DNA of 63,991 bases, counting the filler, from Trypethelium eluteriae (lineage: Eukaryota), in the NCBI GenBank assembly GCA_051942245.1. It is 3 parts of 3 records of this genome, joined end to end, with 100 filler letters (N's around TTAATTAATTAA, not from the genome) between each part and the next. Parts side by side here need not be neighbours in the genome. Positions count along the whole stretch, not along the records: positions 1 to 23,460 come from JAVECL010000418.1; 2 more parts are not named here. One strand, 5' to 3'. Below are positions 12,394 to 23,560 of this stretch, in pieces. The first letter of the stretch is position 1; the number at the start of each line of letters is the position of its first letter. The notes beneath the pieces were generated by a model. It saw only the letters and a program-made list of their open reading frames with translations, was not told the origin of the DNA and made no database searches. Made by a program: the position numbers and the translations under genes.

Positions 12394-14548
12394 CTAATCC
12401 GCCACCCTATCATCCGCCCAACTCGCCTTCACATTCCGACAAACATCCACATAATCCTCCCACCGCCGGTCCTCCCCACCCTCATCAAAGATTCCCGGCG
12501 TCGTCCAGAACATGCACCAATTCGTCCCGGGGATCTTCCACGTCCCCACCGCCCGCTCAAAATACCACTTGTTCACCGGATTGTTCTCCCGACTACGCCA
12601 CACCACGCCCTTGGGAAAGCAGTCGCGCACCATGGCTTTGAACACAATGTCTGCGACGCTCGCGCCCGAACCCTGGCTCCGCTGCAGCACGGCGAATTTG
12701 TCGAGATAGGGGACGAGCCGAGTGGGATCGGATTTGGTGGTGGTGCTGGCAATGGAAGTGGTAGGGGCGGACGGTGGTGCTTCCCAGGTGAGGATGGCGC
12801 CGCCTTCGTAGGAGCCCGCGACGATGACGCCGGCGGTGTGGTGCTGAATGCGATCGAGGTAGTGGCGGATGTCGAGGGGGCGGGCGAAGGAGTCCTCGAT
12901 GAGGTGGACGAGACGGGGGAAGGCGATTTGCGGGTCTTCGAGGTTAAGAGCAGGCTCATCGGGAGATGAGGGCGGTTTCCATGGATGGATTTGTGGATCA
13001 GGGATGATGGAGAGAGGCATGCCGCGTTTGATGAAGGTCGTTTGTCCGGAGGGGGTCTTCGAGGCGTTAGAATCACTGGGGTCGATTCCCATACGACCCG
13101 CAGGTAAGGAAGAGGAGAATGCGGGTTTGTCGGTGAGTAGGTTGTGGATTAGTGGATTCTTGACTGGTCTCGTGCTGACCCCTAAAGGATCGTTTCCGAT
13201 GTTCTGGATTTTAGCAGATCTGGATGCCTCTTCAGGAGTCGTGATGAGCGCAGATGACGTTGGAGGCAGCAGAGCCAGGGTATCTCTAACAAGCTCGAGA
13301 TTCTTGATGTGCTGTGAATTATTCGGCCTCTTTTCCAGCTCTCTACAGAAGCCTGGGAACTCTTCCTCCAGATTGACAAAGACGTGCGATCTTTTAGACT
13401 GGCTTGACAACGGTGTACCACCAAGGGGGTCTAAAATGATGATCTTTTCGATTGAATGAACAGGGGCACCGGCAGATAATGTAGTTTTTCCTGAGGTGAT
13501 CCCGGCGAGGCTGCGTGTTAGTGCAAGCAAAACATCATCTGCCGGTACGGGAGTCGCTTTTTGCGTTTCTATTGTATAAGCAATACTAGGGACAACAGGA
13601 AGAGTACTTCGGGCTAGCGTAGCATCGAATAAATTGGGATACTGAACCTCGACTTCTCCACGGATTTGCACTCCGGCATGGACAGCTTGGAGGCGGGATG
13701 AAACGCCTATTGCGTCCCCAATGCGGCGTGCTGAAGGACCATCGTGAGCATTGATGGCGGTGACGACGCGATCAGCTTGTGTGAGGGCTTTCTCCCTCCA
13801 TTCCGTTACTGATGATGAGGAGTCTATATTGATCTCGTCACAATCCAGCACAACAACGCTGATCATACCAAGTTTTGCTAGCTGAGACAGCGTCGAGGTG
13901 ATTCCGAATATCGTCTCGTCACTGAGCAGGTCCGGCGCTCTAATTTTGACCAACGCAACGTGCGACAGGTCCGCAGGCAATGAAACAACTTTTTCCTTTG
14001 AAGCTGGCTGAGAGAATCTCGGAGTCTGGTCGGCCGCGCGTGTGGTAGAGTAGAAGCCGCCCAGATTTACTCCAAGGCGATCCAAGCTCCTATCTTGATG
14101 AAGAGGTCCATTTGTATCTGCCGTCTTGCGGGTGTTTGGGCTGTTGATTACATGATCGGCAGTCTTGAATCTCGAAATGTACGATTTGGCGTCACGTCTG
14201 GTAGTTGTCGCGCTCAATACATTCACAATAAAGTCCTAGACTAGTCAAATCTTTATAGGATAGGATTTTTGAGGAGAGGAGCTAACCCTCTCTGCTGCTT
14301 TCGTCTTCACCTTGGCTGGGGGTTGCCTTGGTGCTACATCGCTGTAGAGGCAGGCTTGCCTGATTGGATAAGGCACCGAATCGCGCAAGTGAAAACTCCT
14401 TCTCTCATGGCATGGGGGACTGGGCTAGATTTGGAAGTATTTCAATTAGATGTCTTTCAACCCCACATCCTGGTATAGTAGGAGTCTCACCTACTTTATG
14501 TGTGCTAGATGGACAATTGGATAGACGGACTAGAAGGCGACTTCTCAT
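12394..14548 (-). CDS. ARG2: Mitochondrial amino-acid acetyltransferase (N-acetylglutamate synthase)
   Basis: 610-aa ORF with fungal NAGS motifs (RDAKSYISRF, KNPLIHNLLTDKP, YLDKFAV, WRSRENNPVNKWYFER). Two short upstream exons give an Arg/Ser-rich presequence MRSRLLVRLSN... Confidence 0.92.
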
Positions 14549-15106
14549 GATGCATTTCTTTGCCAGTGAAGCCACGCGAACGTTTATTGATTGGAAAGCG
14601 GTACTAAAGTTAGGAAGAAGGGCATTTGCCGCAATCCCCTCTAAATATGGGGGTTAAATCATTTTTGAGTCACAATTGGTGCCCAGAAGAGGTATCCTGG
14701 AAAATAGGTAGAAAAGGAAGGTGAGCCGATACAGTGCCAAAACTGGTGTATTATATAATCAAGTAACAAAACTGGTTACCGCAAGATATTACTGAGCCGG
14801 CAATTTCTATCCTCATCTGCAACGGATGTCGACGCTAAATTTCATCATGCTTAAAGCACTGGGCTGTGAAAATCTGAGCGACAACAGCGGAAGATGTGAC
14901 TGGATGCCGAAGATGCAGGAACTTGTGAGAAGAATCCGGGGTTTGTCTATCCTTCGTCAAAGTAAATGTATCTGTTTCCATCCAGTCAGCGTCAGCAATA
15001 AACAGTCCATATCAAATTTGTCTATGAAGGTTCTGTTGATAAGTAGACCATCTGGGCTTGCTCTCTTGCTTCTCGTTTACGGACCCGATTCATGCGACTA
15101 TCTAAA

Positions 15107-15976
15107 ATGAGCACATCCGCCGGAAAGATCAAGGCTCCAGAGAACTCCAGAAGCCCACTAGGTCTGCCAGCAGAAATTCGCTTATTGGTATCCGGAAACC
15201 TCGTCGACCATAATGGACTCAACTTTATCCTGGACTCTGATCCTTCAATCTCTCAGTTGAAGCCTTGACTGCGTCTTTGACATCTTCTATATGTGCCGAC
15301 AAATTTACCACGAAGCGTCAGAAGTCTTCTATCGATACAATAATTTTCGGATTTCATTCCAATGGCCTGCGCAAAAAAAAAAAGGGTAACCCGAATGGCG
15401 CGATCATGCTATTGCAAGAACGCGGCAGGTCGAACTGTTCCTAAATCGAAGGGCCACTGGTGACTAGTGTGATATCCAAAATGACCTTTACGGTCTTAAA
15501 AGAATCTCCAATCTTCGATCACTACGCACCATCGAGGTGCCATTGACGAGCAACCCCAGGGAAAAATAGGTCGCTAGAGGCCGTGAATAAGAATCCTGGC
15601 TCGTTTCCTTATGGAGACTCTCCCACACGATCGTGAGATTGAGTGGACTGGTCTTCCCAGAATCAGACTGAACGATCGGAGATTCATGCGCCTCTTCCTG
15701 TGCTGGAAGCCACGCATGTTCCGACTCTTCAAATCGCTAGATGTAGCGGCTATAGTTGGGTCAAATCCAAAGAGGCACGAACCAGAGACTATTCTGGTAG
15801 TGCGTTCCGACCGATCGCCGATGAGGTATGATATGATCCCCGAATTAGGAAATAGATTGGACCCCCAATTCCAGGGATTTTTGTTGGCCGAAGTGCAAGC
15901 TGCCTTGGTGCTAATGGGAACGGTTCCAATCCTGGAATTCTGGCTGTACTTGATTATGAGGCGTCCTACGAGCTGA
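15107..15976 (+). pseudogene. Disrupted F-box-like gene (LPAEIR...CRQIYHEA type)
   Basis: ATG 15107 leads to SPLGLPAEIRLL, then TGA 15266. A different frame carries IFYMCRQIYHEASEVFYRYNNFRISF, which stops at TAA 15387 after an A11 run. A residual ORF spans 15611-15976. Confidence 0.55.
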
Positions 15977-16293
15977 CCGCAGAGACTGGTTCTGTGACTA
16001 TAACATTCCTAGAGTCTCCTCATAATTCTGCTGCTTCCAATATCGATGCCCGTCTAGGCATGTTTCTTGATCACCGGCTACTACCTTTTCTGTCATTAGC
16101 GCGCTTAGAAAGCTGATAGTGATAGCTGAACGGAAACGTGATCGACATTTACAGAACACACTTGCGTGGTAAGTTCTTCGCATGTCACGCTAAAATCCTG
16201 ATTCCCTTCCGCCCTTGGCAAAACGTAACAAAGCCTGGAACTCCTTGTCGCTGACATCAAACGATGCAAATGAACCCCGGAAAAAGTAGTGAA

Positions 16294-19200
16294 TTACTTC
16301 AGATCGGCCGGCGTGAGAGCCTGAACGATACTCGTTCCTTCTGTAAACCTTGTCCGGAAAATCCGATTCGCGTTCTGGAACATGCCGTCCTTCAAACTGA
16401 CGACGATAAATTGCGAGCCCTTGAATCTCGTCTTGATGAGCCGACCGATATTTTGGGTATGTGACAAGTCAAGAGCAGCGTCGACTTCGTCCAGGATATA
16501 CATTGGTGCGGGCTTGAACTGCAAAAGCGCCATGATGAGAGAGAGCGCAATGAGAGATCTGAACCCATTCTATCAGCACGTCCAGCGGACTCAAAACATG
16601 CAGAGGAAGAACGTACCTTTGGCCACCGCTTAATTCCGTTAAGCTCTGCTTCCATACTTTTCCCAAACAGACCTTCACCTCCAAGCCCTCGCTCACACTC
16701 TTCCCTTCGGGTGGCTCTAACTTGGCAAAGCTGCCGGGTAATAGCTCATTGAAAATCTGTCCGAAGTCGCCATTCACCTTCTCCCACGTCTTAAGCAGGG
16801 CTTTCTTCTTATACTCATCCAGACTCCGAATCGTCTCCTCGATCTTACACTTGTCCTTGATCACCGTCCGCATCATGCTTTTGAGACTCGTCTCCTTCTT
16901 CTCGACACTGTCGATCATGTTCATGACCTTGGGGTTGATCTTCTTCTTCATGCCCTGGAAGCGCTCCGTGAGATTCTTGAGGCTGGACTTGCACTCGGCC
17001 ATGTTTTGGCCGTGGAAATCGTACGGCGTGTTGGACCGGCCGAAAATTTCGTGTTCGGAGGCAATCCAATCGTGCTCCTTTTCTAGGGCGCTAAGGCATT
17101 GGGAGAAGGTGGCTTGTTCTTTCTGGACTTTCTCTAGGGCGTGACCAAGCTTTTGTTGTTCCAGCCCTTCCTCTGTGATTGAAGCTGATTTGCTGCGGGA
17201 GGCTTCTTCAAGGGCGCGGAGTTCGTCATCGAAGCCGGTGAGTTTGGCTTGTTCTTCGTCGAGGCGAGCCTGCGCAGTGTTGTGTGCGTCCTGTGTAGTG
17301 ATCAGACCAAATTTGGGAAATGGACGTCAATCTTTCTCAATGATTTACCTTTGCCTGATTCTGCTCTTTGACAAGACCGTCCATTTCCTCTTGTTGTGTC
17401 GTTACTGTCATTTGCGCGTCTTGTAGCTGCTCTTGTGCAGCTGCAAGATCTGTACCGCATTGCTCTGACTCCATCATTGCTTCCCGCATCTCCTGCTGCA
17501 ATGGTTTGACTGACGCTGAATTCTTGCTTAGCGCCTTCTTGAGCTTATCTAAAGAGCTTTGCAGCTCGGCGAGTTTGCTATCTTTGTTATTGTTGAACTC
17601 GCTCATATCTCGCTCAATGCGCTTTACGTCTTTCGTGGCTTCATCTTGTCGAGCTTTCGCATCCGCAATGTCAGTCTTCAATTGGGCTGCAGATGTTCGC
17701 ATTTCCTCAAGTGCCTGAATAATCGATGAGGATGAGTTGCTCCCTATTTGCTCCTCCGTGAGCTTGATTTCGTGTGTCTTCAGATCTAGCCCGTGCTTGA
17801 TGGTTTTAGCTGATTCGAGTTTCTTTTTCTCCCTTGCCATTGTTGATTGCAATTCGCCAAGAGCCTTTTCTGCCACAGTAAGTTCTTTTGCGAGCTCATT
17901 CAGCTTTTGTAAGGTCACGAGAACGCCACTGGATTGAGGAGAGCTGCCGCCGGAAAGCGTGCCTGAAGGGTCATAGACATCTCCTTCGAGTGTCACGCTC
18001 TTCAGTCTTACTGCAGGATCGAAGGTTACTCGTTTCGCAGTCTCTGCATCTTCGCACACAAGCGTGGACCCAAAAACATAATCCATTGCAGCATTGACTT
18101 CGTCGTCATAACCGATAAGTGAGAGCGCCAGATCGACTTTGCCAGGGGCAAGCTTCTGCGCAGCAGTAATCTTCTGTGCAGATGCTCGGAAGGCGGCAAT
18201 CTTATTTAATGGAATTATAGTGACCCGCTTCCGGAGCTTCCCACTTTGTAACAACTGTGTGCCAGTCTCTGCAGTGTCAACAACGACGTTGTAAAGCCGA
18301 CCACCAGCACAAATCTCCAGTGCGGTACCAGCCCGGGTTTGGTCTTTGTCCAAAGTGAAAAGTTGCGCAACAAGCCCTTTCACCTTTGTCCGATCAAAAC
18401 CTGGAGATGGATCACTGTAGCTAAAGTCGAGATTTGCGACCTGTCGCTTCATGGAGTCAGACTGCCCTCGGAGTTCGCGAATACGCCTTTGAAGTTCTGC
18501 CTCATTTTCATACATTCGGTCTTCTTGCCCAGGCTCGAAGCCAAGCTTGCTCAAGTCGCCTTCCAATTTCCTAGCCTGTGAACGCAGACCCTCAAGATCC
18601 TTCAGAAGACCACTGTTCTGTTCCTTTGCCTTCTTAGCACGCGGTTCGTCTTCTTTGATGCGCTTTTCCAGATGGCTTATCTTGAGCTTCGCTTGCTCTT
18701 GCTCTGTTGATGCAGCGCTTGCTCGGTTCCTTGCGTCTTGGAGTTGCCCTTGGTAACCGGATTCCTGACCTTCGCGAGAAGCAACACCAGTCTGTAATGT
18801 TTGTAGGAGCTCCTCTTTTTGCTCTACTTCCTCGCTTTGTTTCTTCAGCTCGGCATTAGCAGCGTCGAATCGTTCTTGCAGCTTCTCGTAGACTCTCGTT
18901 TTTGCCTCAAGCTGCTCCTGCAGGTCGTCTACACTCCGCGCTAGATTCTCCTTCTTTTCAACTTCTTCCTTCATACTTGACTTTTTGAGATCGAGGACCG
19001 TTGTCAACCTCACGACCTCGTGCGAATTTGCCTTGACCTCATCTTCGAGTGCCTGGTATTTGCCACCCTTCTTCATCTCCCTCTCTCTTTCAGCCCTGAC
19101 CTTTTTGATATCCTCTTGCAGCAACTCGATCTCGCGCTTCAGCCTGTCGGCTGACTCCTCTAACGCGACTGCCCTATTCTTCTTTGCCTCCAACTCGTCC

Positions 19201-20046
19201 GCTGCTTGTTTTAGTTTGCCTTTGCCCTTGACATAGTCGTGTGCGACGACAAGCCGTGTTAGTCTCTCGAGGTCACTCTGCGTCTGCTGAAAGTCCAAAA
19301 AAGCGCGTTTCTCAGCCCTCAGTTTTTCCAGTTTAGGGTCAATCTCGTCTCTGAGCAGTTCAGTAATTTCCTGCACCTTCATCTCCTTCTTTGCCATCGT
19401 CTTGAATGCCTTGTCTCTTCGATCTTCGAACATTCGGGTGCCTGCCGCCTCCTCGATCATGGCCAGGATTTCGACGGGTTTCATGTTCAGCACCTTTGTG
19501 ATTCGTCCCTGCATGATCAGAAAGTTGGGATTGTTGATATTCAGCTGCACTGATTGGAACAGATTCTGCACTGTTTGCTGCTGCGCACGATGCCCATTGA
19601 TCAGATATTTCGAGGTACCGCCCAGTACGATCTGCCGAGTGACGGATATCTGTGCATACTCTTCGAATCCAATCGGAGACTTGGACGTGTCACGATTGTC
19701 AAATACGATAGTGACGCTTGCCTTGGTTACACCTGCTTGACCACGCTTGTAGATCAGGTCTTGGAGGTTCTGGGCGCGTACGGTAGTCATGTTGGTAATG
19801 CCGAGGACGAAGCATATTGAATCGAGGATGTTTGATTTGCCGGACCCGTTGAGACCCGTGATTGAGTTGAAGCTCTCGTCCCTAGCCTCCGTTAGATCAC
19901 TCCAGTATGATTCGAGCCGTACCAACGTACCATCCTGATATGACGGTGCGCACGGCATAAGATTTGAAGCCCTAGTCGCGTTAGTGCTGATCGCTGTGAT
20001 GTAGAGCAATCGATCCTACATCAATAATGACTTCGACAACCCTCAT
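16294..20046 (-). CDS. SMC2: Condensin subunit SMC2 (cut14)
   Basis: [18 protein letters not shown]..|[20 protein letters not shown] (Walker A), coiled coils, hinge, LSGGQR signature and [10 protein letters not shown] (Walker B); four introns. Confidence 0.97.
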
Positions 20047-21338
20047 GTTGTCGAGAGTTGCAGGCGTTGGGCCTTGATGCTGATCTTGGGCGATGTCTGC
20101 GTGGTTGTCGTGTCGGCAATGTTTACATGCGTCAACAAGCGCGACAGCGGCCGGGGTTCAGCCGGGGTTGATGGGGTTGATCAGGTGACTCGGCGGACCG
20201 GCCCGCGGGCCGGGGAGCTAGTGGCGCGGTTGCAGCGCGGTGCCCGTTGTGGGCAGGAGCACTAAGGAGTGGGACGAGTGGCACGGGCAACGCCATCTCC
20301 TTCTCATCCTCAGCCCCGCGACCTCGGGTGTGACTTACTTTCTTCGCAGCGCTTAGCTGTCAGGGAAAAAAAGGTTGCCTGCAAGAATGATATGACATGG
20401 TCATCGCAACGCAGATCCTGCCAGACCACGAATCCCGTCCCCGGGGATCTCCTCTGCGGCCCCCAAGTGGCCAGCGAGCCGGGGAAGAGCCAAGTGCCGT
20501 TTCGAAACAGCTCGATGGAGGGTGGAGCTGATGCCTCACCCTACGTGAGCTGAGGTATTTCCTGCTGAGGATCGACGGCTTCTTATGCCGCCCCCTGGCC
20601 GCGGAAGCGCGGGAAGTCTCGCCTAGCGCAGGCCCATCTAGATACGAAGCAGGTTCAGCAGACGCTGTGACAGCGGCCCTGGGGTATAATATCTCATGAC
20701 TAAAGGACGGAATCGCCTCCTTAGCACCTCGTCACCACGGCGAGCGGCACCTCAACAAGGCAATGAACATGCGGTACTACCTTGCCGCCTCACTGCTTTG
20801 GACTCCTTACGGCGGTGAATATGTCACAACAACGACGGGCTTGGAGAAGCGCGTAAGACGACCGTCTCCAACGCCGATAATGTAGGTGCTGTCAGTCCCG
20901 TTGTCAACGGACACATGTTCCGATACGCTGCAAGCGAAACATGGTTTTGGGCTGTCTTCGGCCACCAGTCTTCGTTGTCACGTCTTTCTGACTGGTCCTT
21001 TTGGTTATATTTGCATCACTCTGCTTTCGAACATGTAACTGAGGCTGGAAGCTTTGTGCCGGCACCGCGGCTTTGGGCTCAGCTACGTGTATTGTGCTTC
21101 GAAAGCATTTGCTGTGATTCAGAAATCTTCGCTGGATACCATCCTCAGCCCCGTCTATACTTGTTGCTCTACCTGCTAATTCAGGCCCCAGACGTCGCGT
21201 ACCTCTGTAATCTGGAGCAGACCTTTGATCTACTCCTCACCGGTCTCTCATAAGTAATCAGAGTACCGCGGTCAGAGATACCTCCTATTCTCAAGAACCG
21301 AGCTCTGGCCATCCCTACTTGAGAACGCAAGCGACAGA

Positions 21339-22943
21339 ATGGACGAATCCGAACCCCGGGTGATGAGGCTCTCCCTGACTGACCACTTCGCTCCCCGTGC
21401 GTACGTTCGTCTCGCACTTGTATGGCCCTTTGACAACACAAAGGAAATCGAGGCCGCGGACCGGATACGTACAGGTCTCCATTGTCTCTTTACGCGATAC
21501 CCTTACCTCGCTGGCTATTTCGTGATCCATGTCAACACGAAAGAAGCAGACACGCTACAGCGCGACATGGAGGTCCAGTACTCTGACGTTGTAGATACCA
21601 TTGGAGAACCTCAATATGTTGTCAGGCGCTTGAATTGGGAGGAATTCCCTTACACATATGACGAGCTTCATGCAGAGGGTATGCCTGGCAGCAAGCTACT
21701 AAACAACGTTCTTGCCCGGGTACCACATGCTCCTAAACTTGACCAACGTCAGCCTGTTGTATCAGTTACAGCAAACTTCTTTCAGGGTGGTCTCATTTTA
21801 CATGTGGCTTTCTTACATGTGATTGGGGATGGTACAGGTATGAGTTTCTTGTTGCATGAATGGTGTGATTTTGTGCGGAACGGCGATCACCCCGAGACTG
21901 TCGAGAAGAAGTCGCTCGAGGATCGCTGCACCCTCATTCGGCCAGCTGAGAACAAGCGCGTTGACGCATTTCCAACTGGCTACGAAATGGTCGATCCCAA
22001 AGAAGGTCCAACAGGTATCAATACGGCCAAGGAGCCTGCCGTCTCTCGTCCTGTGGGAGCTCGCGTCTTCACTTTCTCTCACAAACGCCTCTGTGAGCTG
22101 AAGAAAGCATTCAACAGGGTTGTCGAGGTTCCGGACGTGTTCTGGATCTCTGCGAATGATTGCATCAATGCGATCTTGTGGCTCTATGTCACTCGAGCTC
22201 GAGCTGAGGAGATTAAGCTTGACGGTCATCGCGATACCACTTATTTCACTCCTGTCAACTTGCGCGAAAAGCTTCAAGATCTCGAAGATTATCATGGAAA
22301 CTTGACGCTGCTTGCTCAGGTGACGCAGCCCCTGGACGACTTTGTGGAACCCTCGACCAATGGCCTGGAGGAAGCGTCCACCAATGGAGTCGACGAAACA
22401 CCTGATACTCCAATGCAAGACATGCTTCTGGATCCGATCGAGCTTAAACTCAAGATGGCAACCGTCGAAGATCATAGGGACTTTGTTATTCTTACAAAGC
22501 TCGTGAAAATTTTGCGTCAGTCAATCAATAATGTCGACGACTCATACATCCAAGAACGGTTTTCTTTCATGTCCAACGTACTTCCCAAAAGCCATCTTGT
22601 CAAGTGGAATTTCCACAACTACTTTGGTCGCGACTTTTTCTGCACTAGTTGGGTCGATTTCGGCGCCGATACCTTATGGGGAATTCCCGGGACCCTCAGC
22701 GAGTACCCCACGTGGCTTCGCAAGCCTTATGTTCCAGATGATGGTAGCAGCGTCGTCCTTCCGCGCAGAAGGGGAAAAAAGGCCAATCAATATGGAATGA
22801 ATGGAGATGAGGAGCACGACAGTGATAATGGGTGGATCGAGGAGCCGGGCCCATACGAAGTGTGGGTCCAACTTCGGGAGGATTATTTGCAGGAATTGTG
22901 CCGCAAAGACAGCCTAGGTGGTTGGGCAGAGCGCATTGCATGA
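21339..22943 (+). CDS. CoA-dependent O-acyltransferase, trichothecene 3-O-acetyltransferase (Tri101)-like transferase family
   Basis: Intronless 534 aa; YPYLAG, PVVSVTANFFQGGLILHVAFLHVIGDG (HxxxD), ISANDCINAILW, PVNLR, YHGNL, TSW. Confidence 0.8.
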   Translation: MDESEPRVMRLSLTDHFAPRAYVRLALVWPFDNTKEIEAADRIRTGLHCLFTRYPYLAGYFVIHVNTKEADTLQRDMEVQYSDVVDTIGEPQYVVRRLNWEEFPYTYDELHAEGMPGSKLLNNVLARVPHAPKLDQRQPVVSVTANFFQGGLILHVAFLHVIGDGTGMSFLLHEWCDFVRNGDHPETVEKKSLEDRCTLIRPAENKRVDAFPTGYEMVDPKEGPTGINTAKEPAVSRPVGARVFTFSHKRLCELKKAFNRVVEVPDVFWISANDCINAILWLYVTRARAEEIKLDGHRDTTYFTPVNLREKLQDLEDYHGNLTLLAQVTQPLDDFVEPSTNGLEEASTNGVDETPDTPMQDMLLDPIELKLKMATVEDHRDFVILTKLVKILRQSINNVDDSYIQERFSFMSNVLPKSHLVKWNFHNYFGRDFFCTSWVDFGADTLWGIPGTLSEYPTWLRKPYVPDDGSSVVLPRRRGKKANQYGMNGDEEHDSDNGWIEEPGPYEVWVQLREDYLQELCRKDSLGGWAERIA

Positions 22944-23251
22944 TCATTCTGGTGGCACCCGTGCAATTCCGACAGTCTTAGACATCAGCATAGATTTGTG
23001 GCGGCCCTGCAGACTCGAACTCGTTATCGCCGACCGCCAACTGTTGATGATCCTGGTGGTTGGGCCGCCCCGGGCGTTTGTTTTCTTTCAATGACTATCC
23101 AATCATTTTTCTTTATTTCCATCAAGCTGTCGTGGCCCACAGACCACAGGGCTCACAATGTAGCGCACCACTGCTCATGAGATCTAAGTTATCTAGCAGA
23201 ATAGCATTGAAATTCATTTATCCATCCAAGCGATAGACACTTCTCTCCTCT

Positions 23252-23460
23252 TCAAATCTCCTTACACCACCTCAACAACACGCTCCCCATCTCCGGCACC
23301 GCCATCCCAATCTCCTCCAAGCCGAAATCACACCTCACCATCTCCGCCGCATCTCTCACCCTCATCTCCCCTACTAGTCCTCCTGTAACTCCTCCCCCCA
23401 TAACCGGTACTAACAGCCCGGATCCCACCAACTCCTCCCACAATCCCCACGCCACTGCTC
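23252..23460 (-). CDS. ORC4: C-terminal fragment of origin recognition complex subunit 4 (the rest is in the gap)
   Basis: RAVAWGLWEELVGSGLLVP...MVRCDFGLEEI...LRWCKEI* resembles the conserved C-terminus of Pezizomycotina Orc4. Confidence 0.7.
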
Positions 23461-23560
23461 NNNNNNNNNNNNNNNNNNNNNNNNNNNNNNNNNNNNNNNN
23501 NNNNTTAATTAATTAANNNNNNNNNNNNNNNNNNNNNNNNNNNNNNNNNNNNNNNNNNNN
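23461..23560. other. Assembly spacer: N44-TTAATTAATTAA-N44
   Basis: Exactly 100 nt with a six-frame stop linker at 23505-23516. Confidence 0.97.

Noticed and set aside
12304..13459. Long antisense and alternative-frame ORFs over ARG2, and similar ones over GGCT, NSE1, SMC2 and the acyltransferase
   Set aside because: Shadow ORFs of GC-rich coding sequence with no recognisable motifs.
23505..23516. TTAATTAATTAA palindrome, also at 47042-47053
   Set aside because: Embedded in Ns and identical in both gaps; an artificial six-frame stop linker.
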